The notes beneath the pieces are model-generated. The model was not told where the DNA came from, ran no database searches, and worked only from the letters and a program-made list of their open reading frames with translations. DNA of 64,000 nt. It comes from Catajapyx aquilonaris. Its lineage: Eukaryota. Position numbers and translations under genes: made by a program. The DNA lies in contig KZ538451.1 of NCBI GenBank assembly GCA_000934665.2, forward strand, positions 1 to 64,000, given 5' to 3'. Positions 53,401 through 62,731 of the stretch are shown one piece after another. The stretch's first letter is position 1; each line of letters opens with the position of its first letter.

Positions 53401-56400
53401 CTAATTTTAGCAGTCGTACTTCCAATATTAATGTTTTAAAAACTCTCTCGCTTTATCCTCCCCTCATATGTAGTCTGTTGATTTACTAAAAATAAATACT
53501 AATTACAAAATAATTTTCCTACCTAGTTCGCAAGAGGGACATTTTTTTTCTTCACACACTTATGTATACTGCTTATTTTACCAATTCAACACTATCATTA
53601 CTTTCGTATCGACTACCAAGTCGGCTATCTATCATATGAATAGGAAACATTTTTAGCGGGTTGGCATTCATGTGGATAATTCCGGGGTTGGTGTTATTGG
53701 AACTTTATTATGGACAGGTAATAAATTACCTAGCCACCTGTTGTTTGTCAGTGACATATTGACCTGGGGCCATATAGGCCTACTAAATTGCGCAGTTTTT
53801 TCTGACAGTAACCTATTTGGACCTATATGCAGCAGCGTATAAGTTGTGCAGTAGTGCGATGTAATACTGCATAACTTTATGATATCCGATACATGCAACA
53901 GAACTACAGGATCAAGAACGATCAAGTCAGTTTACCATGCGTCGCATTGTTCCTCAATACTAATTACATTAGCGTGCCCATGCGGTATATATTACGCACG
54001 TGAAAATAATGGTGGGTTGGAACCAGTTGGAACTCCTTAATATTCGCAGTAAAACCGCTGAATTTTGGGATCACCCTATATAGAGCATAATATGCAAATA
54101 TTTGCTCTCGGGCCCACCCTCTAGTCCGATGGCCTCGCCCCCAGTGTAACACGAGCTTTTTAACACTTTACGCACTAGAACGCAACATACATAATGTTGA
54201 ACCCAAACGAACAGCCTAGAATAATAATCAAACCGAAAAGAGTAGCCTATAAACAGGAACGCGGCATTTAATTCATTCAAGCCCGAAGGAGAACAATCAT
54301 TATATTTGAGGTTTCCCTGGTGAAATTCTCTGCCTCATGATGATCCAAATTTTTATGCAAAGTAGAATTTTCGCCTATTAGCAAACATGTTCAATAGCAA
54401 AATGTAGCACATCTACAATACAATATATGTGAAGGGATCGGGAGAAAACATTGAGTACATTTACAGGCCTAATTTAATAATATGCAAATAGTCCTAATGC
54501 GGAATATATTCTGAAAATATATGCGAGTAAATGCGATAGTTTGCTTATACAGGCCATTCGGCAGTCTCACCCCCTGAAGGTTTTGCCTGAAACCGAAATT
54601 GATTGATTGCCGTCCAGGTTAGAGGGTGGTTTGGAAAAACAATTTCCTGGTGGATATGGGAACCGAATTGGAAATGCCGTTCCATCCCTTTCGGAACTGT
54701 GCCGCCCAACTTAAATTTTTATGAGGAACTAAAAAAAAGGGCAGGCAAGGTACGGGTGATGGGTGGGGAGGCTTGCAATGATGGGCACTTTGGAGGAAAT
54801 TTATTGCGTTGAGATTATCGCATTTACATGTGATGATTTTTTGAAAGGGCCCCACAAAAATTCCGGGGTTAGCATTTTTACAGATCGGGGTTTCAAAAGG
54901 TTCTAAGTGCCAGAAATTGCAATGTCGAAGGTTTTACTGCGCGTAAGGGGACTTTAAACGTCCCTTTAACATGCCAAAATCTCCTGGTATTTATAGTCCT
55001 CGTGTAGCAACAGACGTGATGATGACATTTGACCAGAAAATGTGCAAAAATATTTTTTGTGATGCAATACTCCTGTCATATTAGTTCACATTAGTTAAAT
55101 TTTTACAAATCATAGAAACTATTTAATCCGTTTTTCTCTTCTTGTCAAGAGCTCTTGATATTACCAATAATGTATAAAAGCAAATAATAATTATTTGCGC
55201 TAGAATAATGTTTAGTTCTCTTTTTTTTGCACAATTTGCAAAAAAAGAGAACTAAACATTATGCTGGTCAATTAGTCTAGTCTATTCTAGTCAATATATT
55301 AGTCTAGTCAAAAAGGTTTGTGCCTAGAGTATTTAATACGGTACTCTAGGCACAAACTTTTTTTGACTATATCGACTTATACTTTTAAACCCAATTTTAA
55401 TGGCTATAGTAATACATCTGACGTTTTCTAACATACTAGTACAGTGTAATACATCATGCATAACCCACATCACAACTGCACTTTTGAAACCTGTGATGCA
55501 GTGCAACTCTAAAATTAGCATAAAAACTGTAGGTACCGGTACTGGTCTTTAAGAAATCAATGGGCGAATTTTGTTTGCAAAATTGTGCAAAGTTTCGACA
55601 ATTTACATGTTTGCCATCTGCCTTTTACGCGCCTGGCAAGAAATCGACTTCCCCCTCTTATTTCCTCATTAGGGATACTTTACATGGCTGAGAGCATGCA
55701 ACTTTGGTTCTCTTCATACTTGGTGGTCAAAAATATGGCAAGAAATTTTGCAGAAATTTACATGCATTTACCTCCTAACGAGGGGTTAAATCCATGTAAA
55801 TTTCTGAAGTTCCCAAGTTTTGAGCCAATTGCTCTTCACGGCAATCCATTCGATAATGTTATTAGAAAAATGAAGAGGAAATAAGAACCACTCTCTTACA
55901 AACTAAAGAATGTAATAATTTTAGTGCAACACGTATTTCTTGAACTCACAAGGGAAGGTCACAGGGTGATAACGACGGATCTTGATGAAATTTAACATGC
56001 TTATACAGGACAATATATGATACCCAAAAATGAAATATTTCGTGCGGAGGCCCATATTTGCAAAAGTTATGACGTCTTAAAATTTAAAAAAAAACCATTT
56101 TCATTGAGTTCATAATGGGATTAGATTAGCGACCACATATAAGACCACATTGAAGTGTGTAATCAGTTTTTGCACTTTGTCTCATCGGAAAAAAGTCCTA
56201 CATAACGGCTCTGTATCTCTTACGGTTTAGGCCTTCATACCTGTCCACAGACGGACGGACGGACAGAGCCGTTCTGTGGGACTTTTTTTCCGATGAGACA
56301 AAGTGTAGAAGCTGATTACACACTTCAATGTGGTCTTATATGTGGTCGCTGATCTAATCCCATTATGAACTCAATGAAAATGGTTTTGTTTTTTAAACTT

Positions 56401-58982
56401 TAAAACGTCATAACCTTTGCAAATATGGGCCTCCGCACGAAATATTTCATTTTTGGGTATCATATATTGCCCTGTATTAGCATGTTAAATTTCATCAAGA
56501 TCTGTCATTATCACTCCGTGACCTTTTTGGTGTAGTTGAATGTGGCCAGCACCATACCGAATATATAAGTTTTTATGATAAAATTAAGGTATACCCTGAG
56601 ATGCAAAATTATGAGTTTGTAATCCAAAACAAAATATTGATCACAAATTTATGACAATTTTATACAGCTTTCACGCAAGGTATAAGATTTCATTTTGCAA
56701 ACGGCTCCTTCACAATAAATAATGACATTGAAGCACTGCAATAAGTAGTCTTTACTAATTTTGTAGGAAGATCCTTACAGTTGCAGTCCCAACATTTGGG
56801 CCCATCTTGTCGCAATAAGTATCACTTAAATATTCAGTGTGGCGGACACCGGTAAAAATTGCATCACCGTCTAGTTCGTGATGGACTCTAGTCACGAGAA
56901 AGGAGATACTGCCCTCTCAGGGGGTGGGAGGCATTGGGGGGGGGGGAGGTGTAGTCCNNNNNNNNNNNNNNNNNNNNNNNNNNNNNNNNNNNNNNNNNNN
57001 NNNNNNNNNNNNNNNNNNNNNNNNNNNNNNNNNNNNNNNNNNNNNNNNNNNNNNNNNNNNNNNNGAGGTCGGGATGGGGGGGGGGGGGAAAGGGGGCAAG
57101 TGATATATTTCCGTTCATGAAAATGGGGCCGCATTTTACCTATTCACGAGGAACGGTGCAAGACATGCAAAGGGAGAGGGGAAGGCCTTTGTCCTCTATG
57201 GACAAGTTCAAATAGAGTCTCAGCTCGATGGGTGAGACGGGGGTTAAATAACCACATCAACTTACCATAAATAGCGCGATAGCTTAAGTCAACAATGAAT
57301 CAATTATTTGTGGGTCACGGGGTAGTGAACTTGTTTCCATAACGTTGGCGAACTCAATTGGCCAGATCTAAATTAATATCATGAACTACAAATATCTGGT
57401 GGTGATATATCATGGGCTCAATATACGTGATGCTAACGATGATATGTATGTACTGTCACCCATAGTGCATTTGCGTCAAAATGACACCCAACATTCTGTG
57501 ACTGTGTATACCGTAATACCGTAATACCCCGCATATTACGTCACTTCTTGGTCAGGATTGTCCATCATATTGCTTTGACTCATAATTGATTATGTTTTCA
57601 CTAATAACTGGTTTCTTCTCAGGTCGCCTTGAAGAAGCGTTACACCAGTACCAAGTGGCCCTCCAGGATGAGGAAGCCTGTACTACGGACGCATTGTTGC
57701 GAGCAGCTAGTTTGGCAAAAAAGTTTCATCTCTACTCCAGGGCTGAGCAATGGCTCAAAAAGTACTAACTTATACATTTTGTAATCATTTAGCAAATTTC
57801 CTTTTAGTTTCACATTTTTCATTACTCATCCTCTTCTTTCGTAATGTACGTAAGTCGTACTGTATAAGAGTGTTTCCCTTTTATGACTATGAAAAATCAG
57901 TATATTTCATTGTCTGCATGTGAGGCTTTTATTTATGAATGCTAATTATATCAGGTGTTTCACTACACTGTAAACCGCAAAACATTAAAAGAGCATCACT
58001 GGTGGATCTCTCATGAAACATCAATTTTAATGCTCTTCTAATGCTCTTGTGACGCTCCTGTGATGCTTTTTGTTGCTAAAAAGCATCACAGGGACATCAC
58101 AGGGACATCACAGGGACATCACAGGGACATCACAGGGGCATTAAAAATTGATGTTCCATGAGAGACTCACCAGTGATGCTCTTTTAATGTTTTGCGGTTT
58201 ACAGTGTAGGTAGTCCCCCCAAAGAACCAGCTGTATTTTTCTACCCATTCATCCTTGTGACATCTTGTGACAAACGTCGCGTCGTAGTGACCTTTTCGGT
58301 GATGCCAGCAGGCTCTACTTCATTTCTTCGATTTTTTATTCCGATAAAGGAGGCCATCTACCATTGCATTGGTCCAAAACACTCAGTGCAACAGTTTGGA
58401 TTGTTAATGTCGATATGCTGGGGAGGATCTTCACTAATAAGGAAATTCGCGTAGCGTCGCGTTCGAGTGTGTGTAGAGGTCTCTGGAGGTCAATTACAGC
58501 ATTTATTGTGAATGGTGCTGGATTCTCGTGAACTGAGGTACATTTTAAACCAAACCTCATGTTTCTAGGTTGAGTGGGAAGAAAACGACATCTGGTTCTT
58601 TGGGGGGACTACCTATAGTGAAACACCCTGTATATTATAGAGCTAGTTTTTCATCCTAGACCACAATTTTTCAATTCCGTCTTCAGCACTGAAAAACTGT
58701 CTTATCTACGAGTATTAAAAAATTATGAGAGAAAGAAAGATTCTGAAAAACTACCTCACAAAAACAAAGTCACAAAATAATTATATTTTCATATCATCAT
58801 ATTTTTAATGTCACTGAAAAGATCATTGCATTATTGCTTATGTGACAAGAGAATTACCAACAATGGCACTGTTAGAGAATAACTTATAATAATATTCTTT
58901 TCCCTCCGTATGACCTCCAGTATGACTTCATACTGTTGGGCTTGGAGATTAAATTGAAGTTTTACGCACTTTCTTATCAAGC

Positions 58983-59054
<72 letters not shown>

Positions 59055-61148
59055 AACTCATCATCATCATCATTATGGTACTGATTTGACCCTTGTGGAG
59101 TACATCGCACAGTCCTTTATTATTTCTTGTTACATTTTGGTACAGTACCTTTTACTAACGCCCACAGTTCGGCATGTGGCTTAGGGGTTATCATCACTTC
59201 CCCTCCCACATAACCCTTTAAATGGAGTGTTTATGCATTAATTGATGACCTTTAACCCTCAGGGCACTGGAGCTTCACCCAGACGAAGAGGTAATGTTTA
59301 ATTTGGCAACGCTGTACATAAAAGCCGGCAAACTTCCGGAAGCAAAAGAGACTCTGGAGAAACTGCTGAGACTCGGGTCCTCCCAACAGGACAAATACCA
59401 ATTACATTACGTAAGTGGAAGCAGGTTACATCCCTTAGGAATCACATGATCCGATGGGTTGTGACTATCCGATGGTTTATGCAGAACACGCAGTATAGTC
59501 TGCGAACGTACAAAGAAAAATTCACGAATGAAGTTACAATATGCTGTCATTTCTTAGACACTACAGTGCACGCACTATTAGCATATACGTGCTATATTCA
59601 TCAATACTGTAGGCTACACTAATACCCTATGTCCCAGAAGTAACTCGTTTTGGTAAGAGACTGGACAGTTGTAATGGTTCAAAAAATATTAGATGCCTAC
59701 TAGGTCCTACACAGAGTATGTGCCAAATATTATAACTTAAGTGTACCTGTATGTTTCAATAATTGGTTCACACTATCTTGCTTTAAACACTTCCTTTCTA
59801 ACATTTTGCCTGTAGGGACTTCCAATGATATCAGATTCTAATATTGGGCTATGTTGAAATATTCACTGAGAGGCCATGAATATCCAAACTTAAGATATTG
59901 CAAATGACTTATTAGCACCAAGCTTCATTGGACATGTGATTCAATTTTTGTCAACCTCGGCACTCCCACAATTCCATTAAAAGGAATGCGTCCACTCAAT
60001 GTAATATTAACAGCTAACATTTCTAATAAACAGCTCCTAGAAGTACCGTATGTGTTTGAAAAAACACCCTGATTTAAATATTGCTAACTGAACATCACGC
60101 TTTCTCCAGCATATGAATAATTGGTATAACTTTATAACAGCAGAGTGATAGTCAATGAAATTGATAATGAACTCCACTGCAGGCGGAAGTCCTTCTTCAG
60201 CTGCAGTCATGGACGGATGCTGAAGAGGTCCTGCAGGATGTTCTGTCATGGCGCCCACAGCATCCAGGTGCCCTGCAAATGCTTGCCCAGCTTCACCTGC
60301 AGGCCAACCGCACTGGGGAGGCGCTGCAGGCTGTTCTAGCAGCCTTGGCCAATTGTACTTCCACATCTGATCTACCCTCGAAGCTCTGTGCTCACTTGCA
60401 TGCACAGCATGGGACCATATCAAGGCAGCTGGGGAACCTGGAACAGGCCAAGGAGGTGTGTAGTTAGGATGCAATACATACTGTATACATCACTATTGCA
60501 TTATTGAGTGATTTACCCTTTTTATAGAGCTACAAGCTGGCCTTGGCAATCGTTCCTGAACTGATGCATGCTCAGCTGAATCTTGGTGCCATTTATCACT
60601 TGATGGTAAGTGTCCAGGGTGGTGCCTTGCCCAAGTCCTCAGTTCAAAAGGAGGGTAGGAGAAGAAGTTGCATGATTATTCTCTCTAGCTTTAGTTTTAG
60701 TTTAAAAACAAACAACAATCGCATGAAGCAAATATGATCCTGATTGTTGCTTCTCTTAACCTATTTGCCGGGGTAAGCAACACATATCTTCTCCCCTTAG
60801 TCCCGGCCAAAGATAAGCCAACTCCAAAAGAATAACAAAGGAAACAATGGGCTTGTGATTGAACCCAGTTACTTACTCATATGATGTTTTTAATTTTGCC
60901 TTCTTTGGATTGCCGGATTTGGGCCATCATGCCACCCTCTGTCAGGCATAGCCTAACAATTGACCAATACTTGAGTGAGGAAATGATGGATAATGTGACA
61001 TTTGACATTTCAGAACGACTTCCAGCAGGCATGGCACCACTACCTGGCCGCCTTGCGATTGGACCCGACCAACCCAATTCTCATGGATAACATTGAGAAA
61101 CTGCATAGAGCAGAAGTACAACGGACTGTAGAAACGCTCTGCAGTTAG
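29277..61148 (+). CDS. TMTC1: TMTC1-like protein O-mannosyltransferase (transmembrane and TPR repeat-containing), 5'-partial, 16 coding exons in the window
   Basis: Manually joined exons give one open frame with TMTC motifs: [127 protein letters not shown], followed by TPRs to a TAG stop. All introns are GT-AG with matching phases. The TMTC1 paralog call rests on recalled similarity (NAKVHYNY, ASAxNNLGTL). Confidence 0.93.
30304..30645 (+). mobile_element. tRNA-derived SINE (family B), slightly 5'-truncated
   Basis: Colinear with 22929-23296; box B ggttcgattccc; shared tail hairpin. Confidence 0.85.
30961..31258 (+). mobile_element. tRNA-derived SINE (family A), full length
   Basis: Box A tggcatagtgg, anticodon-arm-like ccgactgctaatcgg, box B gggttcgaatccc, (TTA)n tail; 9-bp TSD ATAGCTATG at 30952-30960 and 31259-31267. 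Confidence 0.92.
31525..31600 (+). repeat. Dispersed repeat fragment (second copy at about 37437-37516)
   Basis: acacaaggtataaat...ggtatgcgt...ttcatttaaattttaggtgtta occurs at both sites. Confidence 0.6.
32453..32867 (-). mobile_element. Chimeric SINE (head1-core1-core2-tail)
   Basis: Same architecture as 25128-25550; 12-bp TSD TACTATACTTTA at 32441-32452 and 32868-32879. Confidence 0.88.
32930..33340. mobile_element. Old nested foldback/MITE remnants
   Basis: Inner inverted repeat gaacagcctaac / gttaggctgttc (33048-33283); outer gtaacagatgtgac repeats with inverted counterparts. Confidence 0.45.
34078..34241. mobile_element. Small CAC-terminal MITE
   Basis: TIR cacggtcttag / ctaagaccgtg; CpG-rich interior. 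Confidence 0.55.
35727..35800 (+). CDS. TMTC1: TMTC1-like exon: [24 protein letters not shown](R)
   Basis: Acceptor ttatag, donor gtaagc; GRADVLA motif continues the previous exon; not in the ORF track. Confidence 0.95.
36430..36887. mobile_element. Composite DNA-transposon remnant: HINE-like end plus a Tc1-type TIR
   Basis: ctataagacttttttctcgaaaaagtctaaaaa (as at 26.7 kb), followed by cacgaacctggaacaccctg|TA, which resembles the TIR of 15198-15420; left boundary uncertain. Confidence 0.5.
40688..40855 (+). CDS. TMTC1: TMTC1-like exon: CMQGTERP...[26 protein letters not shown](R)
   Basis: Acceptor ttacag, donor gtaggc; KExGIT motif; phase 2/2. Confidence 0.93.
41094..41169 (+). CDS. TMTC1: TMTC1-like linker exon: [25 protein letters not shown]
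   Basis: Acceptor ttccag, donor gtaagt; needed to convert phase 2 to phase 0 between the flanking conserved exons; sequence itself is poorly conserved. Confidence 0.8.
41534..41637 (+). CDS. TMTC1: TMTC1-like exon: [34 protein letters not shown](R)
   Basis: AAG acceptor after a pyrimidine tract, donor gtattg; PxFxxxDNPA (DUF1736) motif. Confidence 0.92.
41819..42264. mobile_element. CAC-terminal foldback element (CMC/EnSpm-like non-autonomous)
   Basis: About 175-bp near-perfect arms starting cacacagaaaaatggccgcgtcaggtgac; internal subrepeats (gtcaggtgac, ccacccctccccgaactgctc). Confidence 0.88.
44111..44306 (+). CDS. TMTC1: TMTC1-like exon: [33 protein letters not shown]...ARSQQ
   Basis: Acceptor ctgcag, donor gtgaga; LSYDW..GS.PL motif. 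Confidence 0.95.
44661..45083. mobile_element. hAT-like MITE with AT-rich interior
   Basis: TIR caggggtgggcaaact / agtttgcccacccctg; flanks acttaaacg / acttaaag approximate an 8-bp TSD. Confidence 0.8.
46636..46748 (+). CDS. TMTC1: TMTC1-like exon: [37 protein letters not shown](S)
   Basis: Acceptor tggcag (a second in-frame CAG lies 6 nt downstream), donor gtaatt; highly conserved AERVLYxPS motif. Confidence 0.95.
47302..47701. mobile_element. Tc1/mariner-like MITE, probably with a nested insert
   Basis: TIR cagtcccgctcataaagaatggtacgact / agtcgtgccattctttatgagcggtactg. Confidence 0.75.
47939..48157 (+). CDS. TMTC1: TMTC1-like exon: [10 protein letters not shown]...[16 protein letters not shown](R)
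   Basis: Acceptor ttacag, donor gtaagg; RNxxW...LF motif. Confidence 0.95.
48614..48850. mobile_element. hAT-like MITE spanning an assembly gap
   Basis: TIR catgggcgtagccagg / cctggctacgctcatg; perfect 8-bp TSD ATGTCATT at 48606-48613 and 48851-48858. Confidence 0.88.
49092..49205 (+). CDS. TMTC1: TMTC1-like TPR exon: [37 protein letters not shown](R)
   Basis: Acceptor gaacag, donor gtaagt; first TPR. Confidence 0.95.
49413..49556 (+). CDS. TMTC1: TMTC1-like TPR exon: [17 protein letters not shown]...AHYNLALIY(M)
   Basis: Acceptor ttgcag, donor gtaagt; TPR consensus. Confidence 0.95.
49842..49950. repeat. Palindromic mini-element
   Basis: About 45-bp arms ggtggaattttcgtcccactgatagttactactaacttagcagta and its reverse complement with 2 mismatches; 19-nt spacer. 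Confidence 0.8.
50667..50878 (+). CDS. TMTC1: TMTC1-like TPR exon: [20 protein letters not shown]...YAFFLEKI(G)
   Basis: Acceptor ttacag, donor gtgagc; phase 2 to phase 1. Confidence 0.93.
52926..52995 (+). pseudogene. tRNA-like sequence (tRNA pseudogene or SINE head)
   Basis: Acceptor stem GCCTCTG/CAGAGGC, D-loop AGTGG, T-arm ctggg-TTCGATT-cccgg; anticodon arm is non-canonical (mismatch, no U33), so unlikely to be functional. Confidence 0.65.
55205..55369. repeat. Two adjacent short near-perfect palindromes
   Basis: 55205-55262 (about 27-bp arms, 5-nt loop) and 55305-55369 (about 27-bp arms, 10-nt loop), separated by tagtc repeats. Confidence 0.8.
55955..56525. mobile_element. Large foldback element with HINE-like centre
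   Basis: About 260-bp inverted arms (55955-56214 / 56263-56525); spacer has atacctgtccacag(acgg)n, shared with 26661-26763. Confidence 0.85.
57623..57761 (+). CDS. TMTC1: TMTC1-like TPR exon: [14 protein letters not shown]...YSRAEQWLK(K)
   Basis: Acceptor tctcag; weak donor gtacta inferred from the phase match to the next exon. Confidence 0.88.
57952..58630. mobile_element. Tc1/mariner-like MITE with its left TIR interrupted by a nested element
   Basis: Right TIR ctggttctttgggggactacctatagtgaaacaccctg|TA; left TIR split into caggtgtttcacta and taggtagtccccccaaagaaccag. Confidence 0.8.
57966..58206. mobile_element. CACTG-terminal MITE (CMC/EnSpm-like) nested in the element above
   Basis: About 68-bp arms cactgtaaaccgcaaaacattaaaagagcatcactggtg...; internal 11-bp tandem repeat catcacaggga, about 5 copies. 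Confidence 0.88.
58983..59073. repeat. Compound microsatellite (GTA)n then (TCA)n
   Basis: Direct reading; source of the poly-Leu/poly-Met ORF 58831-59073. Confidence 0.95.
59263..59410 (+). CDS. TMTC1: TMTC1-like TPR exon: [49 protein letters not shown]
   Basis: Acceptor cctcag, donor gtaagt; phase 2 to phase 0; not in the ORF track. Confidence 0.92.
60183..60455 (+). CDS. TMTC1: TMTC1-like TPR exon: [17 protein letters not shown]...GNLEQAKE
   Basis: Acceptor ctgcag, donor gtgtgt; 91 codons, phase 0/0. Confidence 0.9.
60528..60605 (+). CDS. TMTC1: TMTC1-like TPR exon: [26 protein letters not shown]
   Basis: Acceptor ttatag after a 72-nt intron, donor gtaagt; [11 protein letters not shown] motif. 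Confidence 0.94.
61014..61148 (+). CDS. TMTC1: TMTC1-like last coding exon: [44 protein letters not shown]
   Basis: Acceptor tttcag; terminal TPR and capping helix (NIEKL); TAG at 61146-61148. Confidence 0.93.
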   Translation, partial: NDFQQAWHHYLAALRLDPTNPILMDNIEKLHRAEVQRTVETLCS

Positions 61149-61390
61149 GCAATGTCACAAAAAGTACAAAAAAAGTTCAAGAAAAAATAAGCGATTAAAA
61201 ACCATGTCTCAGTGATATACGGTATATTCCGCCTACAGGGTGAGCCAGCATTGATGTTTAGCTTTCTGAAGAGTAGGCCTATTTTGAAATGCCATAAGAA
61301 TGTAGGTTGGAGGAGCGTGAATAACTACACCAACTGGATACGACCATGCGCAAATGCAAATACTTGGTAATACTCACGTGTCAGTTGATG

Positions 61391-61396
61391 AATAAA
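61391..61396 (+). promoter_or_regulatory. Candidate polyadenylation signal for TMTC1-like mRNA
   Basis: First AATAAA I found downstream of the stop codon (about 240 nt). Confidence 0.35.
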
Positions 61397-62408
61397 AGTT
61401 TAGAGCAGGTAGGCCTATTATTTATATGGTACAATAGCCATTATTGTCATACTGGACTGTGCAAAAGTTGAGAATTTAGGACTAAAAGCATGTATTTCTT
61501 ATACACAGTTCCTTTTTTAGAGAAGCAGGCCTTATTTTATTGAAACTACGGTTATAATTTAATGCGGTGATTAATATAACATCCCGTTCATTTTTGGTAC
61601 TTGCTATGCTTTGTCGTAGCACATTATCACAGATGCTTATTTATATCAAATTGCTCATGTCGAATTTTTATAACATAAAATAACCTAATGTTACAGTAAA
61701 GAGTCGTTATACGATACTTCTAAAGCAAAACAAGCAGAAATACATGACCCCCCCCCCCCAAAAAAAAAAACACTCACTTTCTTGCCTACCATTTTCAAGC
61801 AAAGTAACGGTTTAAAGTATGAGCCAGATAAAATTAGATCACACCGAAATGTGGCAGTGTGGCCTACGGTAACTCAGGAAAAATCAAAGAATCAATCCTG
61901 GCTCACTCTAGTGTGTATGGGGTGACACATAAATAACGGCAAATTTTGCAGGAAAACTTTCTCCCACGTTTTTACGCATGAAGTACAACGTATTATGGCC
62001 TAATACGTTATAGAGGGTGTCCAAAAAGAAAATTCAAACGAGGTTTTATCAGGTGACATATCCCTTTGATCGATTTGTTACAAAGTTCATGACGTTCTTA
62101 TCACTTATACACGCATGCAGTATCAAATAGTTCATTTTTGGCATAGAGTAAATATTACTAGCCCACACACCTGGTGTAATTACAATGTATCTATTTAACC
62201 CACCCATTGTCTCAGATAAAACAAATCAACATCCTACTTAAGTGCAGCCTATGTCTGAAAGTGTTTCTATATCCATTGTTCTGTCGGTAACTTCCAACTA
62301 CAACTACTCATTATTATTTTTCATCCAGTCGACTATACGTCTTCCTCTGCGACATATTCATCAGCAATGAGTTATTTGCTGCAAAATCCGTGGACCTTCT
62401 ATTATGTA

Positions 62409-62731
62409 CTAGCTGCGGCACCCGGCGCAGCGCGGCGTTGCCCGGGAAGAAATGAATGAAGGGAAAACACCTGCCAGTACCCCCGTCAACTGTCTGTCTT
62501 TCTGTGTGTCCGCCCACAAATGCCATCTGTGGTCCTGCTACTCCAACACCTTGAACGTCTCCCGCCTGTATAACGGCAACCGTCATTTGCCTGCCATCTG
62601 TAGTCAACCCCAAACACCTCCATCCTCTCCCGGCCTGGGGGTGGAACACTGATGGCAGGCAAATGACTGTTGGCAGGCGGACAGACAGACAGACAGACAG
62701 ACAGACTCACAAACTACTTTATTTATATAGA
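62409..62731 (-). mobile_element. Non-autonomous Helitron
   Basis: Minus strand reads A|TCTATATAAAT...(GTCT)n...cccgggcaacgccgcgctgcgccgggtgccgcagCTAG|T: 5' TC, 3' CTAG, GC-rich subterminal hairpin, inserted between A and T with no TSD. Confidence 0.85.

Noticed and set aside
56930..57100. Long G runs as G-quadruplex elements and X-containing ORFs
   Set aside because: They border assembly gaps (also 46458 and 48695); sequence and length are unreliable
58083..58137. Short direct repeats resembling a CRISPR array
   Set aside because: Head-to-tail 11-mers without spacers inside a eukaryotic MITE; no cas genes
58831..59073. Poly-Leu, signal-peptide-like ORF
   Set aside because: Product of (GTA)n/(TCA)n microsatellites
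29455..61013. Possible U12-type introns in TMTC1
   Set aside because: No donor matches GTATCCTT/ATATCCTT; all are U2-type GT-AG
61240..61295. CTGAAGA...GAAA hammerhead-like core (similar partial core near 7007)
   Set aside because: Stems I and II do not form correctly around the core
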